A stretch of 64,000 nt of DNA, from assembly GCA_017479645.1 (NCBI GenBank), contig JAFVBZ010000048.1, positions 6,045 to 70,044 on the forward strand. Reading direction: 5' to 3'. The DNA comes from Ruminiclostridium sp. Lineage in GTDB: Bacteria; Bacillota; Clostridia; Oscillospirales; Ruminococcaceae. The translations under genes were made by a program, and so were the position numbers. The notes below the pieces were generated by a model. It was not told the DNA's origin. It saw only the letters and a list, made by a program, of their open reading frames with translations, and made no database searches. Numbering within the stretch: position 1 is the stretch's first letter; every line of letters begins with the position of its first letter. Below are positions 1-9,619 of the stretch, in pieces.

Positions 1-1141
1 CGTTTATATCCTGCACCGGCGCAAGCGCGTCTTTCAGGTAGCTTCCGTCTTTCAGCAGTTCATAATACCATTCGCTTTCAAAAGCTTCATCAAGGTTCGA
101 CTTGTCATCACCCGCCGGATAGGCTGCACTTGTGAACTTTCCGCAGTAATCACCCGAGATCAGCGTTGTTTCTGCCGTTTCGCCGTTTACTTTCACTGCC
201 GGGATAAAGGAGGGGATAGCTTCATTTATCGTCGCGCTGTCCCAGTCGTCCGGATTACTGAGCAGATCACCCATGCTGCTCTTGAACGGGTACATCAGCG
301 TAAGCGTCCTGTCCTCGTCCGTGGTATTGGTAAGCGTATAGCTGTCGTACAGAGTGTATGCGCCCACCTCATCTATATTTCCGCTCCACTCTTTCAAATC
401 GCCGGGTACCGGAGTTCCGGAAAGGTCAAATGTGACCTCCCGCTCTGCGGTTATCCCGGCTGTATCTCCGTCGGCGGTCAGCGGGAATACCGGGGGCGTA
501 TAGCTGCGCATCATGAAGAAGCCGCCGCCGCCCGGGTTCGCGTCGTCCCAGTCACCTCCGCCGGGTATTTCATCGCCGTCCCAGTCAGGTATTGCGAAGT
601 CATTGCCGCTTTCGTCACTTTCGGTAATTACGTTCTGCGGAGCTGAAGTTCCGGTACCGGCACCGTAAGCGGGAACATCTCCCGGGGCAATATCACCTGT
701 CGCTTTGTTTGTGTCCGCTGTGGTTTCCGCCGTGCGCGATCCTCCGGCGGGAACCGTTGTTTCGGCAGTACCCGCAGCGTGACCGCCGTCCGGAGGTACA
801 GTTTCAAGACCCTCGGGAATTGTCGTTCTGTATGTCGGGATCGTAGCCAGAGTTCCGGCAGGGACAGTTTCAGCACCCTCCGGAATTGTCCTTCTGTATG
901 TCGGGAACGTAGCGAGAGTTCCGGCTGGTATTTCTGCCGGCTTCGTGCGTATCGTACCTGTACCGGAAAGCGTCATCACAAGTGCAGCCGCTCCTCCCGC
1001 AAGGCAGATGCCGGCAGCGATGCCGAGCGGCTTTGCGAACCTTGCCGGAGACTTTCTGAACTTATAGTCCGCCGCCTGTTCGATGTTATCTTCACGGATA
1101 CCGGTGACGGCATCATACATCTTTTCGCCCTTTCCGCTCAT
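1..1141 (-). CDS. Putative anti-sigma factor, single TM plus extracytoplasmic domain (runs off the left window edge)
   Basis: ATG at 1141 overlaps the sigma factor TGA (ATGA). Frame checked by hand as open to position 2: MSGKGEKMYDAVTGIREDNIEQAA..., then TM segment LGIAAGICLAGGAAALVMTL and a Pro/Thr-rich linker. Missing from the ORF track because it has no stop in the window. Confidence 0.75.
   Translation of the reverse strand, partial: MSGKGEKMYDAVTGIREDNIEQAADYKFRKSPARFAKPLGIAAGICLAGGAAALVMTLSGTGTIRTKPAEIPAGTLATFPTYRRTIPEGAETVPAGTLATIPTYRTTIPEGLETVPPDGGHAAGTAETTVPAGGSRTAETTADTNKATGDIAPGDVPAYGAGTGTSAPQNVITESDESGNDFAIPDWDGDEIPGGGDWDDANPGGGGFFMMRSYTPPVFPLTADGDTAGITAEREVTFDLSGTPVPGDLKEWSGNIDEVGAYTLYDSYTLTNTTDEDRTLTLMYPFKSSMGDLLSNPDDWDSATINEAIPSFIPAVKVNGETAETTLISGDYCGKFTSAAYPAGDDKSNLDEAFESEWYYELLKDGSYLKDALAPVQDIN
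797..928 (-). repeat. Two tandem 66-bp (22-aa) repeats inside the anti-sigma linker
   Basis: PAGTLATFPTYRRTIPEGAETV followed by PAGTLATIPTYRTTIPEGLETV. Confidence 0.9.
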
Positions 1142-1710
1142 ATCTCAGCACCCCTTTCCGTAAGATAATCCCTTAAACTCTCCCGGAGCCGTGAAAGTTT
1201 CCGTGACGCGCCCGCATTCGACAGCCCCATTTTCGCGGCAAGCTCGTTTGACTTATCGCCGAACCAATACCTGCGCACAAACATCATTCTGTCCTGTTCG
1301 GGAAGCCCGTCCAGCCAGTCGTTTATAAACCCGGTAAGCATCTTCGCGTCCAGCGCTCTTTCCACGCTCTCGTCCGACGGAAGGCACTCTTCCAGCTCGC
1401 TTATAGATGTTTCTATCCCGTCATAACGCTTTTTTGCGTGCATTTTACGGTATCTCCCTATTGCGATGTTGCGCGTTATCCGTCCGAGGAATGCCCGCAG
1501 GCACTCCGGAATATGGGGCGGGATACGCTCCCACACCGACATATATGTATCGTTCACGCACTCTTTCGCGTCTTCCGCAGCACGAAGCAGATTCATTGCT
1601 ATCGTCATGCAGTAAGTGCCGTATTTCATATCCGTTTCGCGTATAGCTGACTCGTCACGCTTGAAATAAAGCTCTATGATCCCTGCGTCGTCCATTCTTC
1701 CCTCCGTCAT
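1138..1710 (-). CDS. ECF sigma-70 factor
   Basis: 190 aa; DAKECVNDTY region 2, LRAFLGRITRNIAIGRYR, region 4 LPEQDRMMFVRRYWFGD. Confidence 0.9.
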   Translation of the reverse strand: MTEGRMDDAGIIELYFKRDESAIRETDMKYGTYCMTIAMNLLRAAEDAKECVNDTYMSVWERIPPHIPECLRAFLGRITRNIAIGRYRKMHAKKRYDGIETSISELEECLPSDESVERALDAKMLTGFINDWLDGLPEQDRMMFVRRYWFGDKSNELAAKMGLSNAGASRKLSRLRESLRDYLTERGAEI

Positions 1711-1976
1711 TATTCATCTGAATAGCTTATCTCATTATACACTTCCGCGCCGAAAAAGTAAATAGCTGTTCCCACGCGGAAGTCTCCGTACCGGTATTCT
1801 TCCGTTCCAGCTGTCAGTTCGTGCAGCTTTTCTACCCGGTATATCCTGCTCACCGGCTGGTATATGACAGTCCCGCCGTCCCGCAGATGACTTCCGAACG
1901 GAAACAGCATAACAGCGGCGAGAACCGCCGATATAATAACAGCCGTTTTCCCTGCTCTGCCCTTCACTGTCATCAC
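1710..1976 (-). CDS. Small membrane/secreted hypothetical protein
   Basis: 88 aa with an N-terminal hydrophobic segment; stop abuts the sigma start; RBS GAAAGGG upstream. Confidence 0.6.
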   Translation of the reverse strand: MMTVKGRAGKTAVIISAVLAAVMLFPFGSHLRDGGTVIYQPVSRIYRVEKLHELTAGTEEYRYGDFRVGTAIYFFGAEVYNEISYSDE

Positions 1977-2116
1977 CCTTTCACTTATAAAGTCGCAGTT
2001 TCCGGAATGTTATTTCATTCCGGCGGAAAGTTTGTCGAAAATGCACAAACAGTTGCATTTTGCGCATTTTTTATGTATAATAGATCTGTCCCACAACAAA
2101 AAGCGAGGTGAGCGAG

Positions 2117-3013
2117 ATGCACGATATCTGGAACCCGTGGCACGGGTGTATAAAGAAGAGCGAGGGCTGCGAGAACTGCTATATGTACTTTCTGGACAAG
2201 ATGCGTGGCGGCGACGGTTCCCGGATATACCGCACAGGCGCCGGATTTGACTATCCCCTGCAAAAGGACAGGAACGGAAGATACAAGATACGTTCCGGCG
2301 AAACGATACGCGTCTGCATGACCTCGGATTTCTTTCTTGAAGAAGCGGACGAGTGGCGCGATGATGCATGGGAGATAATGCGCCGGCGAAGCGATGTGGT
2401 CTTCTTTCTGCTGACGAAGCGTCCGGAGCGTGTCGCGGAGCATCTTCCCTCAGACTGGGGAGACGGCTGGAAAAACATATTCTTCAATGTCACCGCCGAG
2501 AACCAGCTCCGCGCGGACGAACGCATTCCGATACTGCTCGATCTGCCATTCAGACACAAGGGCGTAATGTGCGCACCGTTCATAGGCAGGGTGAGCATGA
2601 GGAAGTACCTCGAAACCGGGCAGATAGAACAGGTGCTTTGCGACGGCGAGAACTACGACGGCTCGCGTCCATGCAATTTCGAGTGGGTGAAGCTGCTGCG
2701 GAGCGAATGCGAGGACAACAATGTGTCATTCGTGTTCTGCGGCACCGGCAGACGCTTTATAAAGGACGGTAAGCTGTATAAGATAGAGGGAAACGGCATT
2801 CAGAGCCGGCAGGCGTTCAAGTCGGGAATGAGCTTCCGCGGCAAGCCGATAAAGTTCGATCTCCGTGACAGCTGGGGATTGCCGATACCGGAGGACGAGC
2901 TGTATAAGCCGTACTTCCGCGAACGCTGTGAGACCTGCGGTATGCGACAGTCCTGCAACGGCTGCAGCCGATGCGGAAAGTGCGATGCGCAGGAGAAAGA
3001 CAGAGCGCTCTGA
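2117..3013 (+). CDS. DUF5131 (phage Gp37/Gp68-like) radical-SAM-like protein with a C-terminal Cys cluster
   Basis: WNPWHGCIKKSEGCENCY, VCMTSDFF, LLTKRPER motifs; RBS GAGGTG before ATG 2117; promoter TTGCAT-17-TATAAT upstream. Confidence 0.8.
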   Translation: MHDIWNPWHGCIKKSEGCENCYMYFLDKMRGGDGSRIYRTGAGFDYPLQKDRNGRYKIRSGETIRVCMTSDFFLEEADEWRDDAWEIMRRRSDVVFFLLTKRPERVAEHLPSDWGDGWKNIFFNVTAENQLRADERIPILLDLPFRHKGVMCAPFIGRVSMRKYLETGQIEQVLCDGENYDGSRPCNFEWVKLLRSECEDNNVSFVFCGTGRRFIKDGKLYKIEGNGIQSRQAFKSGMSFRGKPIKFDLRDSWGLPIPEDELYKPYFRERCETCGMRQSCNGCSRCGKCDAQEKDRAL

Positions 3014-3034
3014 TACTGTTGATAATAATAAGCA

Positions 3035-3070
3035 AAAAACTGCTGAATGATAACCCATTCAGCAGTTTTT
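3035..3070. terminator. Bidirectional rho-independent terminator
   Basis: AAAAACTGCTGAATG-6-CATTCAGCAGTTTTT, perfect 15-bp stem between convergent genes. Confidence 0.85.
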
Positions 3071-3104
3071 CAGTCAGAAATATGTTTTAGCTGACGAAGC
3101 TCTC

Positions 3105-5288
3105 TCAATCCACCGTGGATTTTGTGCGCTTTCTCTTTTTATGGTTCCTAACAAGGAAAACGCACAGGAGTATCACGATCGGGAGAGCAGCGGCGATAAT
3201 TGCGCCGGTATGGGGATTAAGACCGCTGTTGTATGTCGGGCGCGGCTTGTTTGAACTGTCGTCAACGATCTGCGCATCGGGAGGATTGCTGTTGGTCTGC
3301 GGTGTGATGTTCCCGCCGCCCTCTTCATCGTCAAAAGGCTCTACGATCTCACCCATTTCGTCGTCAGGATCGGAAGGCTGGGTGGTCTCTTCGTCTATCA
3401 CCGGCACATTCGCACCATCGGTCTCGGCAATGAGCATGTACGGTGAAAAGCTGTCGGATTCAAACTGAACGCGCTTCACGCCGTTGATGTCCTCTATTAT
3501 CGAGCTTCTCAGGAGTTCGGGAGTCTCATCGACAATATGATATACCTTTATGTTATCCGCGTACGGCAGCAGCTCGTTCGGCACCGGGAACATAAACGTA
3601 ATAGTTCCTCTCGCCATGATGCGCTGGTTTTCCTCTCCGCTCTCGTCAAGCAGGCTGATATCAAAGGCATAGTACATCGCGTTGTCAGTTCCGAGAGCTT
3701 CATACGCACTTCTTGCAGCATCAGAGGCTTCGGAAGTGTTTGTAATGCGGACGGTGGCAGGGGCTATGAAGTAGTCCCTCTGGGTTACGATGCGGACATT
3801 CGTTCCGTTTACATCTTCCAGGTCGCTTTCAACGGTTATGTAGTCGGAGTCTTCATCGTCAACAGGACGGGTAGTGTTGTCATCGGAAGGCTCATCGTCC
3901 GGAGCCGACTCTACCGTTACCGCCGCAGCTGTCGTGGTGGTCGTGGTCGTCTCCCGCGCGGGCGGTGCGGCAGTGGTCGTGGTAGTCTGCGCCTTGGACT
4001 TGTACGAAGCGAAGATATTCACGTCCGAGTTCGTAACGGTATAGCTTGTGCCGTTGGGGAACTGGGCGTTGTTTATCATGATATAGTTTATCTCGTATTC
4101 CTGGGGAGCGCTTACATTAATATTCAGTTTATCGCCGGAAGCCGCCGATGCAGGCGGTATAAGTAACTGCCCCTTATCGTTGGTGATCGAGATGTTGTTT
4201 ACAGTGGCATATACGTTATCGGCAGAGAATGTAACTCTGTAAAGGGTGCCGGTTGATCTGAAATCAAGCCCGTTGCGGTGAGCATACTCCTCCGCATAAG
4301 AACCGGAATATCCCCAGATCGCGGCGCGGGTATTGTAGAACGCATTGTCTGCGATGTTGTCAAGATCGTAAGGTATAACAACTGTCGAAAGGTTCGTGCT
4401 GTTGGCGAAAGCCAGACTGCTTATAACCTCGACGCTCTTGGGAATATCCACAGCATTCAGCGACAGACAGCTTCCGAAGGTGCTTTCACCGATCGAGACA
4501 AGATCCTCCGGGAAATTGATGACAGCAAGGGAGGTACAGTTGTTGAATGTGTAGTTCTCAAGTGTTTCAAGATACTTCGGGAGCTTGACTGTCGCAAGCT
4601 TCGAGCAGCCCTCAAATGCGGCGGGGCCGAGATATTCAAGCGTATCCGGAAGCTCGATAGCGGTTATAGATGTACAGCCGGCAAATGCAGACTGACCGAG
4701 ATTAACGAGGTTTTTGGATATTGTCGGCTTGGTAAGGCTTGTACAGCCGTAGAAAGCGGAGTTTCCGATATCGGTGACAGTATCGGGGATCTTCGCGTCT
4801 GTCAGCGAGTAGCAGCCTTCAAAGGCAGCGTTGCCTATCTTCTGCAGGCTCTTGGAGAAATCCACCTTTGTAAGAAAGTAGCAGCCGCGGAATGCGCCGT
4901 CGCCTATCGTAACAAGGTCCTTCGGCAGCCTGACCGAATTGATGAGCGTCTGATCGTAGAAGCTGGAGAATGCGTAAGGCGCGATCGAAGTTACCGGGTA
5001 TTTGTTCTGGCTTACCGTATCGGGGATCGTGACGGTGCCGTTGGCTTTGGTGATATCTGCCGGGCTGTATGCCGTGATAGTTGCGGTAAACTTTCCGGTG
5101 GAATAATCAAGTTCGTAGCCGAAGTCGCCGTCATATACCGTTCCGTTTGTAGGATAAGTCATGCTGTACGGCGAATATGCGTCCGATGCCAAAGTCAGCG
5201 CGGGCATGAGAAATACAGCCGCAGCAGCCAGCAGCAAAGCGGATAGCGCATATCTGTACAATTTTTTATGCAAAGAGAAGCTTATCAT
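3105..5288 (-). CDS. BspA-type leucine-rich-repeat surface protein with sortase-like anchor
   Basis: Signal peptide from MISFSLHKK; repeated IGxxAFxGCxSLTxxxIP units; Thr-rich linker; NPHTG + hydrophobic helix + RNHKKRKR tail. ORF track start at 5360 is probably too long. Confidence 0.85.
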   Translation of the reverse strand: MISFSLHKKLYRYALSALLLAAAAVFLMPALTLASDAYSPYSMTYPTNGTVYDGDFGYELDYSTGKFTATITAYSPADITKANGTVTIPDTVSQNKYPVTSIAPYAFSSFYDQTLINSVRLPKDLVTIGDGAFRGCYFLTKVDFSKSLQKIGNAAFEGCYSLTDAKIPDTVTDIGNSAFYGCTSLTKPTISKNLVNLGQSAFAGCTSITAIELPDTLEYLGPAAFEGCSKLATVKLPKYLETLENYTFNNCTSLAVINFPEDLVSIGESTFGSCLSLNAVDIPKSVEVISSLAFANSTNLSTVVIPYDLDNIADNAFYNTRAAIWGYSGSYAEEYAHRNGLDFRSTGTLYRVTFSADNVYATVNNISITNDKGQLLIPPASAASGDKLNINVSAPQEYEINYIMINNAQFPNGTSYTVTNSDVNIFASYKSKAQTTTTTAAPPARETTTTTTTAAAVTVESAPDDEPSDDNTTRPVDDEDSDYITVESDLEDVNGTNVRIVTQRDYFIAPATVRITNTSEASDAARSAYEALGTDNAMYYAFDISLLDESGEENQRIMARGTITFMFPVPNELLPYADNIKVYHIVDETPELLRSSIIEDINGVKRVQFESDSFSPYMLIAETDGANVPVIDEETTQPSDPDDEMGEIVEPFDDEEGGGNITPQTNSNPPDAQIVDDSSNKPRPTYNSGLNPHTGAIIAAALPIVILLCVFLVRNHKKRKRTKSTVD

Positions 5289-5536
5289 TTTCTTCACCGA
5301 TCCATAAGACGGCATTCGCCGTCGGATATATTCACAGCCGCCGCGGATATACGACAGCATTATACTTCAATGTAAATTATACTACAAATATATCGGTTTG
5401 TCAACATCTTGTATGAACTTATCTTCAGATGCACACATATATGGCTGCCGGAAATGAGCGGTACTGAATTATGTACCAAAACAGAATTAAAAAAAGGGCT
5501 CTATTTGTCATAAAAACCAAAAATATGACTTTGTCA

Positions 5537-5565
5537 TTGACTTGAAAGCTTCAATGGCATATAAT
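5537..5565 (+). promoter_or_regulatory. Sigma-A promoter of cysE
   Basis: TTGACT-17-TATAAT. Confidence 0.7.
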
Positions 5566-5605
5566 ACTATTAAATAAGTATGTATTGCCGATACCGGAGG
5601 GTACT

Positions 5606-6562
5606 ATGAAAGAATTGGAAACCAGGATCAACGATATCGTCAGAACTCTTCTCAACGACTACGAGCAGGGAAGAGTCATCGATGAGGTAAAAAGCTTCGA
5701 TCACCCGGATAAGGACGTTGTGGTCGAGATATTATACAGCATAAGGAAGATAATCTTCCCCGGCTATTTCCGGAACAAGTCCTACCGCGTATATACCGTC
5801 CGCAACAACATCTCCATGCTCACCGAGGACATAATATTCAAGCTTATCCGCCAGATATCCATAGTCCTCCGCTATGACGAAGAGCTGAGCAGCGCAGATG
5901 AGATGACGGTGGCACAGCGCGCCGAGGACATAACATTCGCGTTTCTGTCGCGGCTCCCGAAAATAAGAGAGTACATCGAAATGGACGTGGAAGCGTCCTT
6001 CGAGGGAGACCCCGCCGCATACAACAAGGACGAGATAATCTACTCATATCCGGGGCTGTTTGCTATCCTCGTGAACCGTATCGCCCATGAGCTGTTCCTG
6101 CTTAAAGTTCCGCTCATACCGCGTATAATGACCGAGTATGCCCACAGCCAGACCGGTATAGATATCCACCCCGGCGCGTCCATAGGCAAGTATTTCTTCA
6201 TAGACCACGGTACAGGTATAGTTATCGGCGAGACTACCGAGATCGGCGACAATGTCAAGATCTACCAGGGTGTTACCCTCGGCGCGCTTTCCACACGCGG
6301 AGGTCAGAGCCTTCGCAGCAAGAAGCGTCACCCCACGATCGAGGACAACGTTACTATCTACTCCGGAGCATCTATCCTCGGCGGAAATACCGTCATAGGA
6401 AAGGGCGCGGTCATAGGAGGCAACGCATTCATCACAAAGTCCGTTCCCGCAGGCGCAAAGGTAAGCATAGTAAATCAGGAACTAAAGTATAACTTCGATG
6501 ATCCGAAAGCCGCAAAGAATGCGGGTATCGGCACGGATACGGATTGGTTCTATATCATCTGA
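5606..6562 (+). CDS. cysE: Serine O-acetyltransferase (EpsC/CysE long form)
   Basis: [39 protein letters not shown] hexapeptide motifs; GGAGG RBS before ATG 5606. Confidence 0.9.
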   Translation: MKELETRINDIVRTLLNDYEQGRVIDEVKSFDHPDKDVVVEILYSIRKIIFPGYFRNKSYRVYTVRNNISMLTEDIIFKLIRQISIVLRYDEELSSADEMTVAQRAEDITFAFLSRLPKIREYIEMDVEASFEGDPAAYNKDEIIYSYPGLFAILVNRIAHELFLLKVPLIPRIMTEYAHSQTGIDIHPGASIGKYFFIDHGTGIVIGETTEIGDNVKIYQGVTLGALSTRGGQSLRSKKRHPTIEDNVTIYSGASILGGNTVIGKGAVIGGNAFITKSVPAGAKVSIVNQELKYNFDDPKAAKNAGIGTDTDWFYII

Positions 6563-6591
6563 TGATTTACTGATATTCGACGGAGAAATCT

Positions 6592-7098
6592 ATGAGGAAA
6601 ATCATAATAATCGCTGCTTTATCTTTGGTTTTAGCTGCGGTGAGCGCTGTTTGTTTATGCGGCGTCAGCCCTGCTGCCAATGCCGATAATGAACTTGAAG
6701 TTGAAGAAACGGTAATTGACAATGCGCTTAGAATTGGAAGATACTATCTCAACGGCGATACATCATCATCGTATTTTGAGGTTTATGATGACGGGACTTT
6801 GCAGTGGCACAATTTCGATTTTGAGGGCTATCTTAAAGGACTTAACGACAAATATGACAGGGAAAACGGGATTGTTCCCGATGAAAACCTTAAGATTGCC
6901 CGTGAAAAGGCAATGAATGACGAAATAGAATGGGTATCGGCAAGACATAATTATACCGTCGTTCATTACAGTATAATGGATACAACATCTATAGAACTTG
7001 AGTACGATCCTGAATCGGAAAGCCGCAGAGGTTACAATTATATCGACGATAAAACAATAAAGGTCTCGGACGATTTATGTTTCTTTTTTGTGGAATAA
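6592..7098 (+). CDS. Secreted hypothetical protein
   Basis: 168 aa, signal peptide, GGAG RBS, visibly more AT-rich than its neighbours. Confidence 0.75.
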   Translation: MRKIIIIAALSLVLAAVSAVCLCGVSPAANADNELEVEETVIDNALRIGRYYLNGDTSSSYFEVYDDGTLQWHNFDFEGYLKGLNDKYDRENGIVPDENLKIAREKAMNDEIEWVSARHNYTVVHYSIMDTTSIELEYDPESESRRGYNYIDDKTIKVSDDLCFFFVE

Positions 7099-7177
7099 AA
7101 TATCAGATGATGATTAAGTATATCAAAGAATAAAAAAGGGTGTCCTGACAAGGTTCCCTTTGATATGGAGATAATTA

Positions 7178-8047
7178 ATGGAATCACAGACCCGCGCCGA
7201 CGAAATAACCCGCACCATTGTGCGGAAATACCGCAAGCCGATATGGGGGCGCTTTCTCGAAGGTATAAAGAACTACGAGCTTATAAAGGAGAACGACAGG
7301 ATAGCCGTGTGCATATCCGGCGGCAAGGACTCGATGCTGATGGCGATGTGCGTAAAGCAGCTCCAGAAGTACAGCAAGGTGCCGTTTACCGCCGAATACC
7401 TTGTCATGGATCCGGGATATGCCCCCGAAAACAGGCAGCGTATCATCGAAAACGCGGCGCTCCTCGATATTCCGGTAAAGATCTTTGACGCGAGGATATT
7501 CGACGCGGTGGAGATAATCGGCAAGAACCCCTGCTATATGTGCGCCCGTATGCGCCGCGGATATCTGTACAAGTACGCCGGTGAGCTGGGCTGCAACAAG
7601 ATCGCGCTGGGTCACCATTTCGATGACGTTATCGAGACGATACTTATGGGAATGCTGTACGGTTCGCAGATGCAGACGATGATGCCTAAGCTTCACAGCG
7701 AGAACTTTCCGGGCATGGAGCTTATCCGGCCTATGTATATGGTGCGCGAGGAAGATGTCATACACTGGCGCGACTTCAACGATCTGCACTTTCTCAACTG
7801 TGCCTGCAGCGTCACGGCGGACATAGATACCAACGGAAACGGCGGTTCCAAACGCCAGGAGATCAAGCAGCTGCTGAAGCAGCTCCGGGCAGTGGATCCC
7901 GCAGTGGATATGCACATATTCCGCAGCGTGGAGAACGTAAACCTCCAAACCCTCATATCCTACCACATCGGCAAGGATTACCACCATTTTCTCGACGACT
8001 ACGACAAGGGAATGAATATAAAGGGAACGATAAAGCAACCGGAATAA
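7178..8047 (+). CDS. ttcA: tRNA 2-thiocytidine biosynthesis TtcA-family protein
   Basis: PP-loop CISGGKDS, CYMCARMRRG, ALGHHFDD, LIRPM. Confidence 0.85.
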   Translation: MESQTRADEITRTIVRKYRKPIWGRFLEGIKNYELIKENDRIAVCISGGKDSMLMAMCVKQLQKYSKVPFTAEYLVMDPGYAPENRQRIIENAALLDIPVKIFDARIFDAVEIIGKNPCYMCARMRRGYLYKYAGELGCNKIALGHHFDDVIETILMGMLYGSQMQTMMPKLHSENFPGMELIRPMYMVREEDVIHWRDFNDLHFLNCACSVTADIDTNGNGGSKRQEIKQLLKQLRAVDPAVDMHIFRSVENVNLQTLISYHIGKDYHHFLDDYDKGMNIKGTIKQPE

Positions 8048-8054
8048 AATCTCA

Positions 8055-8087
8055 CCGGCACATTCCAGCGATGTGCCGGGATTTTTT
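8055..8087 (+). terminator. Rho-independent terminator after ttcA
   Basis: CCGGCACAT-7-ATGTGCCGG followed by a T run. Confidence 0.8.
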
Positions 8088-8193
8088 ATAAAATGATATA
8101 AAAGACTTGATTTTTTCTGTAAAATAGTGTAAAATTAATAGGTAGCATTTTCGTGCAGAGCACGATCCATAAAAACTGAAAGGAAAAAAGAAA

Positions 8194-9393
8194 ATGAACA
8201 TTCTTGTAATCAATGCAGGAAGCTCGTCTCTCAAGTATCAGCTTATCGAGATGACGGACGAAAAGGTAATTGCAAAAGGCAACTGTGAAAGAATTGGTAT
8301 CGGCGGTCATATCAAGCATACGACATTCGACGGAAGAACTTATGAGGCTGACTGTGATTTCCCCACACATACAGAAGCATTTGAAAAGGTAGTGGAGGCT
8401 CTTACAAAGGGCGACGCGGCTGTTATCGGCAGCATGTCTGAGATAGCTGCGGTAGGTCACAGAATAGTCCAGGGTGCAGAAGTGTTCCCGAAGTCTGTTC
8501 TTGTTACCGACGAAGTTATCGACAAGATCGACGATCTCCGCGAGCTTGCTCCCGTTCACAACCACGGTCATGCTCTCGCTCTCCGTGCCTGCAAGAAGGT
8601 AGTTCCGGCTTCCGTTCCCCAGGCAGTAATCTTCGATACCGCATTCCACCAGACAATGCCCGAAAAGGCTTATAAGTTCGGTATGCCCTATGAGATATAT
8701 GAAAAGTACGCGGTAAGAAAGTACGGCTTCCACGGCACATCTCACCGCTTCGTTACAATGAAGTACGCTCTTGAGACCGGCAAGGACCTCAAGAACCTCA
8801 AGATCGTTTCCTGCCACCTCGGAAACGGCTCGTCCATTACGGCTGTTGACGGCGGCAAGTCGGTCGATACATCAATGGGATTCACTCCCCTTGACGGTGT
8901 TCTCATGGGAACACGCTCCGGCTGCGTTGACCCCTCCGCAGTTACTTTCGTAGCTGACAAGCTCGGTCTTTCCGCTCCCGAAATGGCTGAATACCTCAAC
9001 AAGAAGTCCGGATTCCTCGGAATTTCCGGTGTATCCAGCGACAACCGTGATGTTGAAGCCGAAGCCGCAAAGGGCAACAAGCGTGCTATCCTCGCCGGCG
9101 AGATACTCCGCTACGGCATAAAGAAATACATCGGCGCTTATACTGCCGCTATGAACGGACTTGACGCTGTTATCTTCACAGGCGGCATCGGTGAGAACGC
9201 AGACCTTGTAAGACGTGATGTATGCCGCGATATGGACTACTTCGGGATCAAGATCGACGAAGCTCTCAACGAGACTATCCACGGCAAGCTCTGCAAGATC
9301 TCCACACCCGACAGCAAGACAGAAGTATGGGTTATCCCGACAAACGAGGAGCTCCTCATAGCAAGAGACACCAAGGAGCTCTGCGGTCTGTGA
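8194..9393 (+). CDS. ackA: Acetate kinase
   Basis: LVINAGSSSLK, VGHRIVQG, FDTAFHQT, YGFHGTSH, CHLGNGSS, FTGGIGEN, IPTNEEL. Confidence 0.97.
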   Translation: MNILVINAGSSSLKYQLIEMTDEKVIAKGNCERIGIGGHIKHTTFDGRTYEADCDFPTHTEAFEKVVEALTKGDAAVIGSMSEIAAVGHRIVQGAEVFPKSVLVTDEVIDKIDDLRELAPVHNHGHALALRACKKVVPASVPQAVIFDTAFHQTMPEKAYKFGMPYEIYEKYAVRKYGFHGTSHRFVTMKYALETGKDLKNLKIVSCHLGNGSSITAVDGGKSVDTSMGFTPLDGVLMGTRSGCVDPSAVTFVADKLGLSAPEMAEYLNKKSGFLGISGVSSDNRDVEAEAAKGNKRAILAGEILRYGIKKYIGAYTAAMNGLDAVIFTGGIGENADLVRRDVCRDMDYFGIKIDEALNETIHGKLCKISTPDSKTEVWVIPTNEELLIARDTKELCGL

Positions 9394-9409
9394 TCCGCGC
9401 CTTCGCGCT

Positions 9410-9515
9410 TTCGGGGCTCTGCCCCGAACCCCGGCGGGAGAGGGAGGAAACCCTTTTTGAAAAAAGGGTTATCCTCCCCCTCCCTGCACCCTCCCTCTCT
9501 TTCCAAAAAACTTTG
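9410..9515. repeat. GC-rich REP-like palindromic intergenic element
   Basis: Hairpins TTCGGGGC-TCT-GCCCCGAA (9410-9428) and GGAGGAAACCCTTTTT/AAAAAGGGTTATCCTCC (9443-9477), then a C/T-rich tract. Confidence 0.6.
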
Positions 9516-9619
9516 ATCGCTTCGCGGTAAAGGGGGATAACAACAGCTGCAACACCGCAACAACATCTACGGCAACAATAAACACCGCCGAGTGCGCAAT
9601 GGCATTCAGCGGTGATTTT

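Noticed and set aside
2117-3013. DUF5131 as evidence of a prophage
   Set aside because: No integrase, structural, replication or lysis genes nearby, and the flanks are ordinary chromosomal genes.
4278-5246. 322-aa plus-strand ORF
   Set aside because: Antisense shadow of the LRR gene, with no motifs or RBS. The same applies to 7184-8038, 23971-24849, 41221-42366, 60872-61760 and most short overlapping ORFs in the track.
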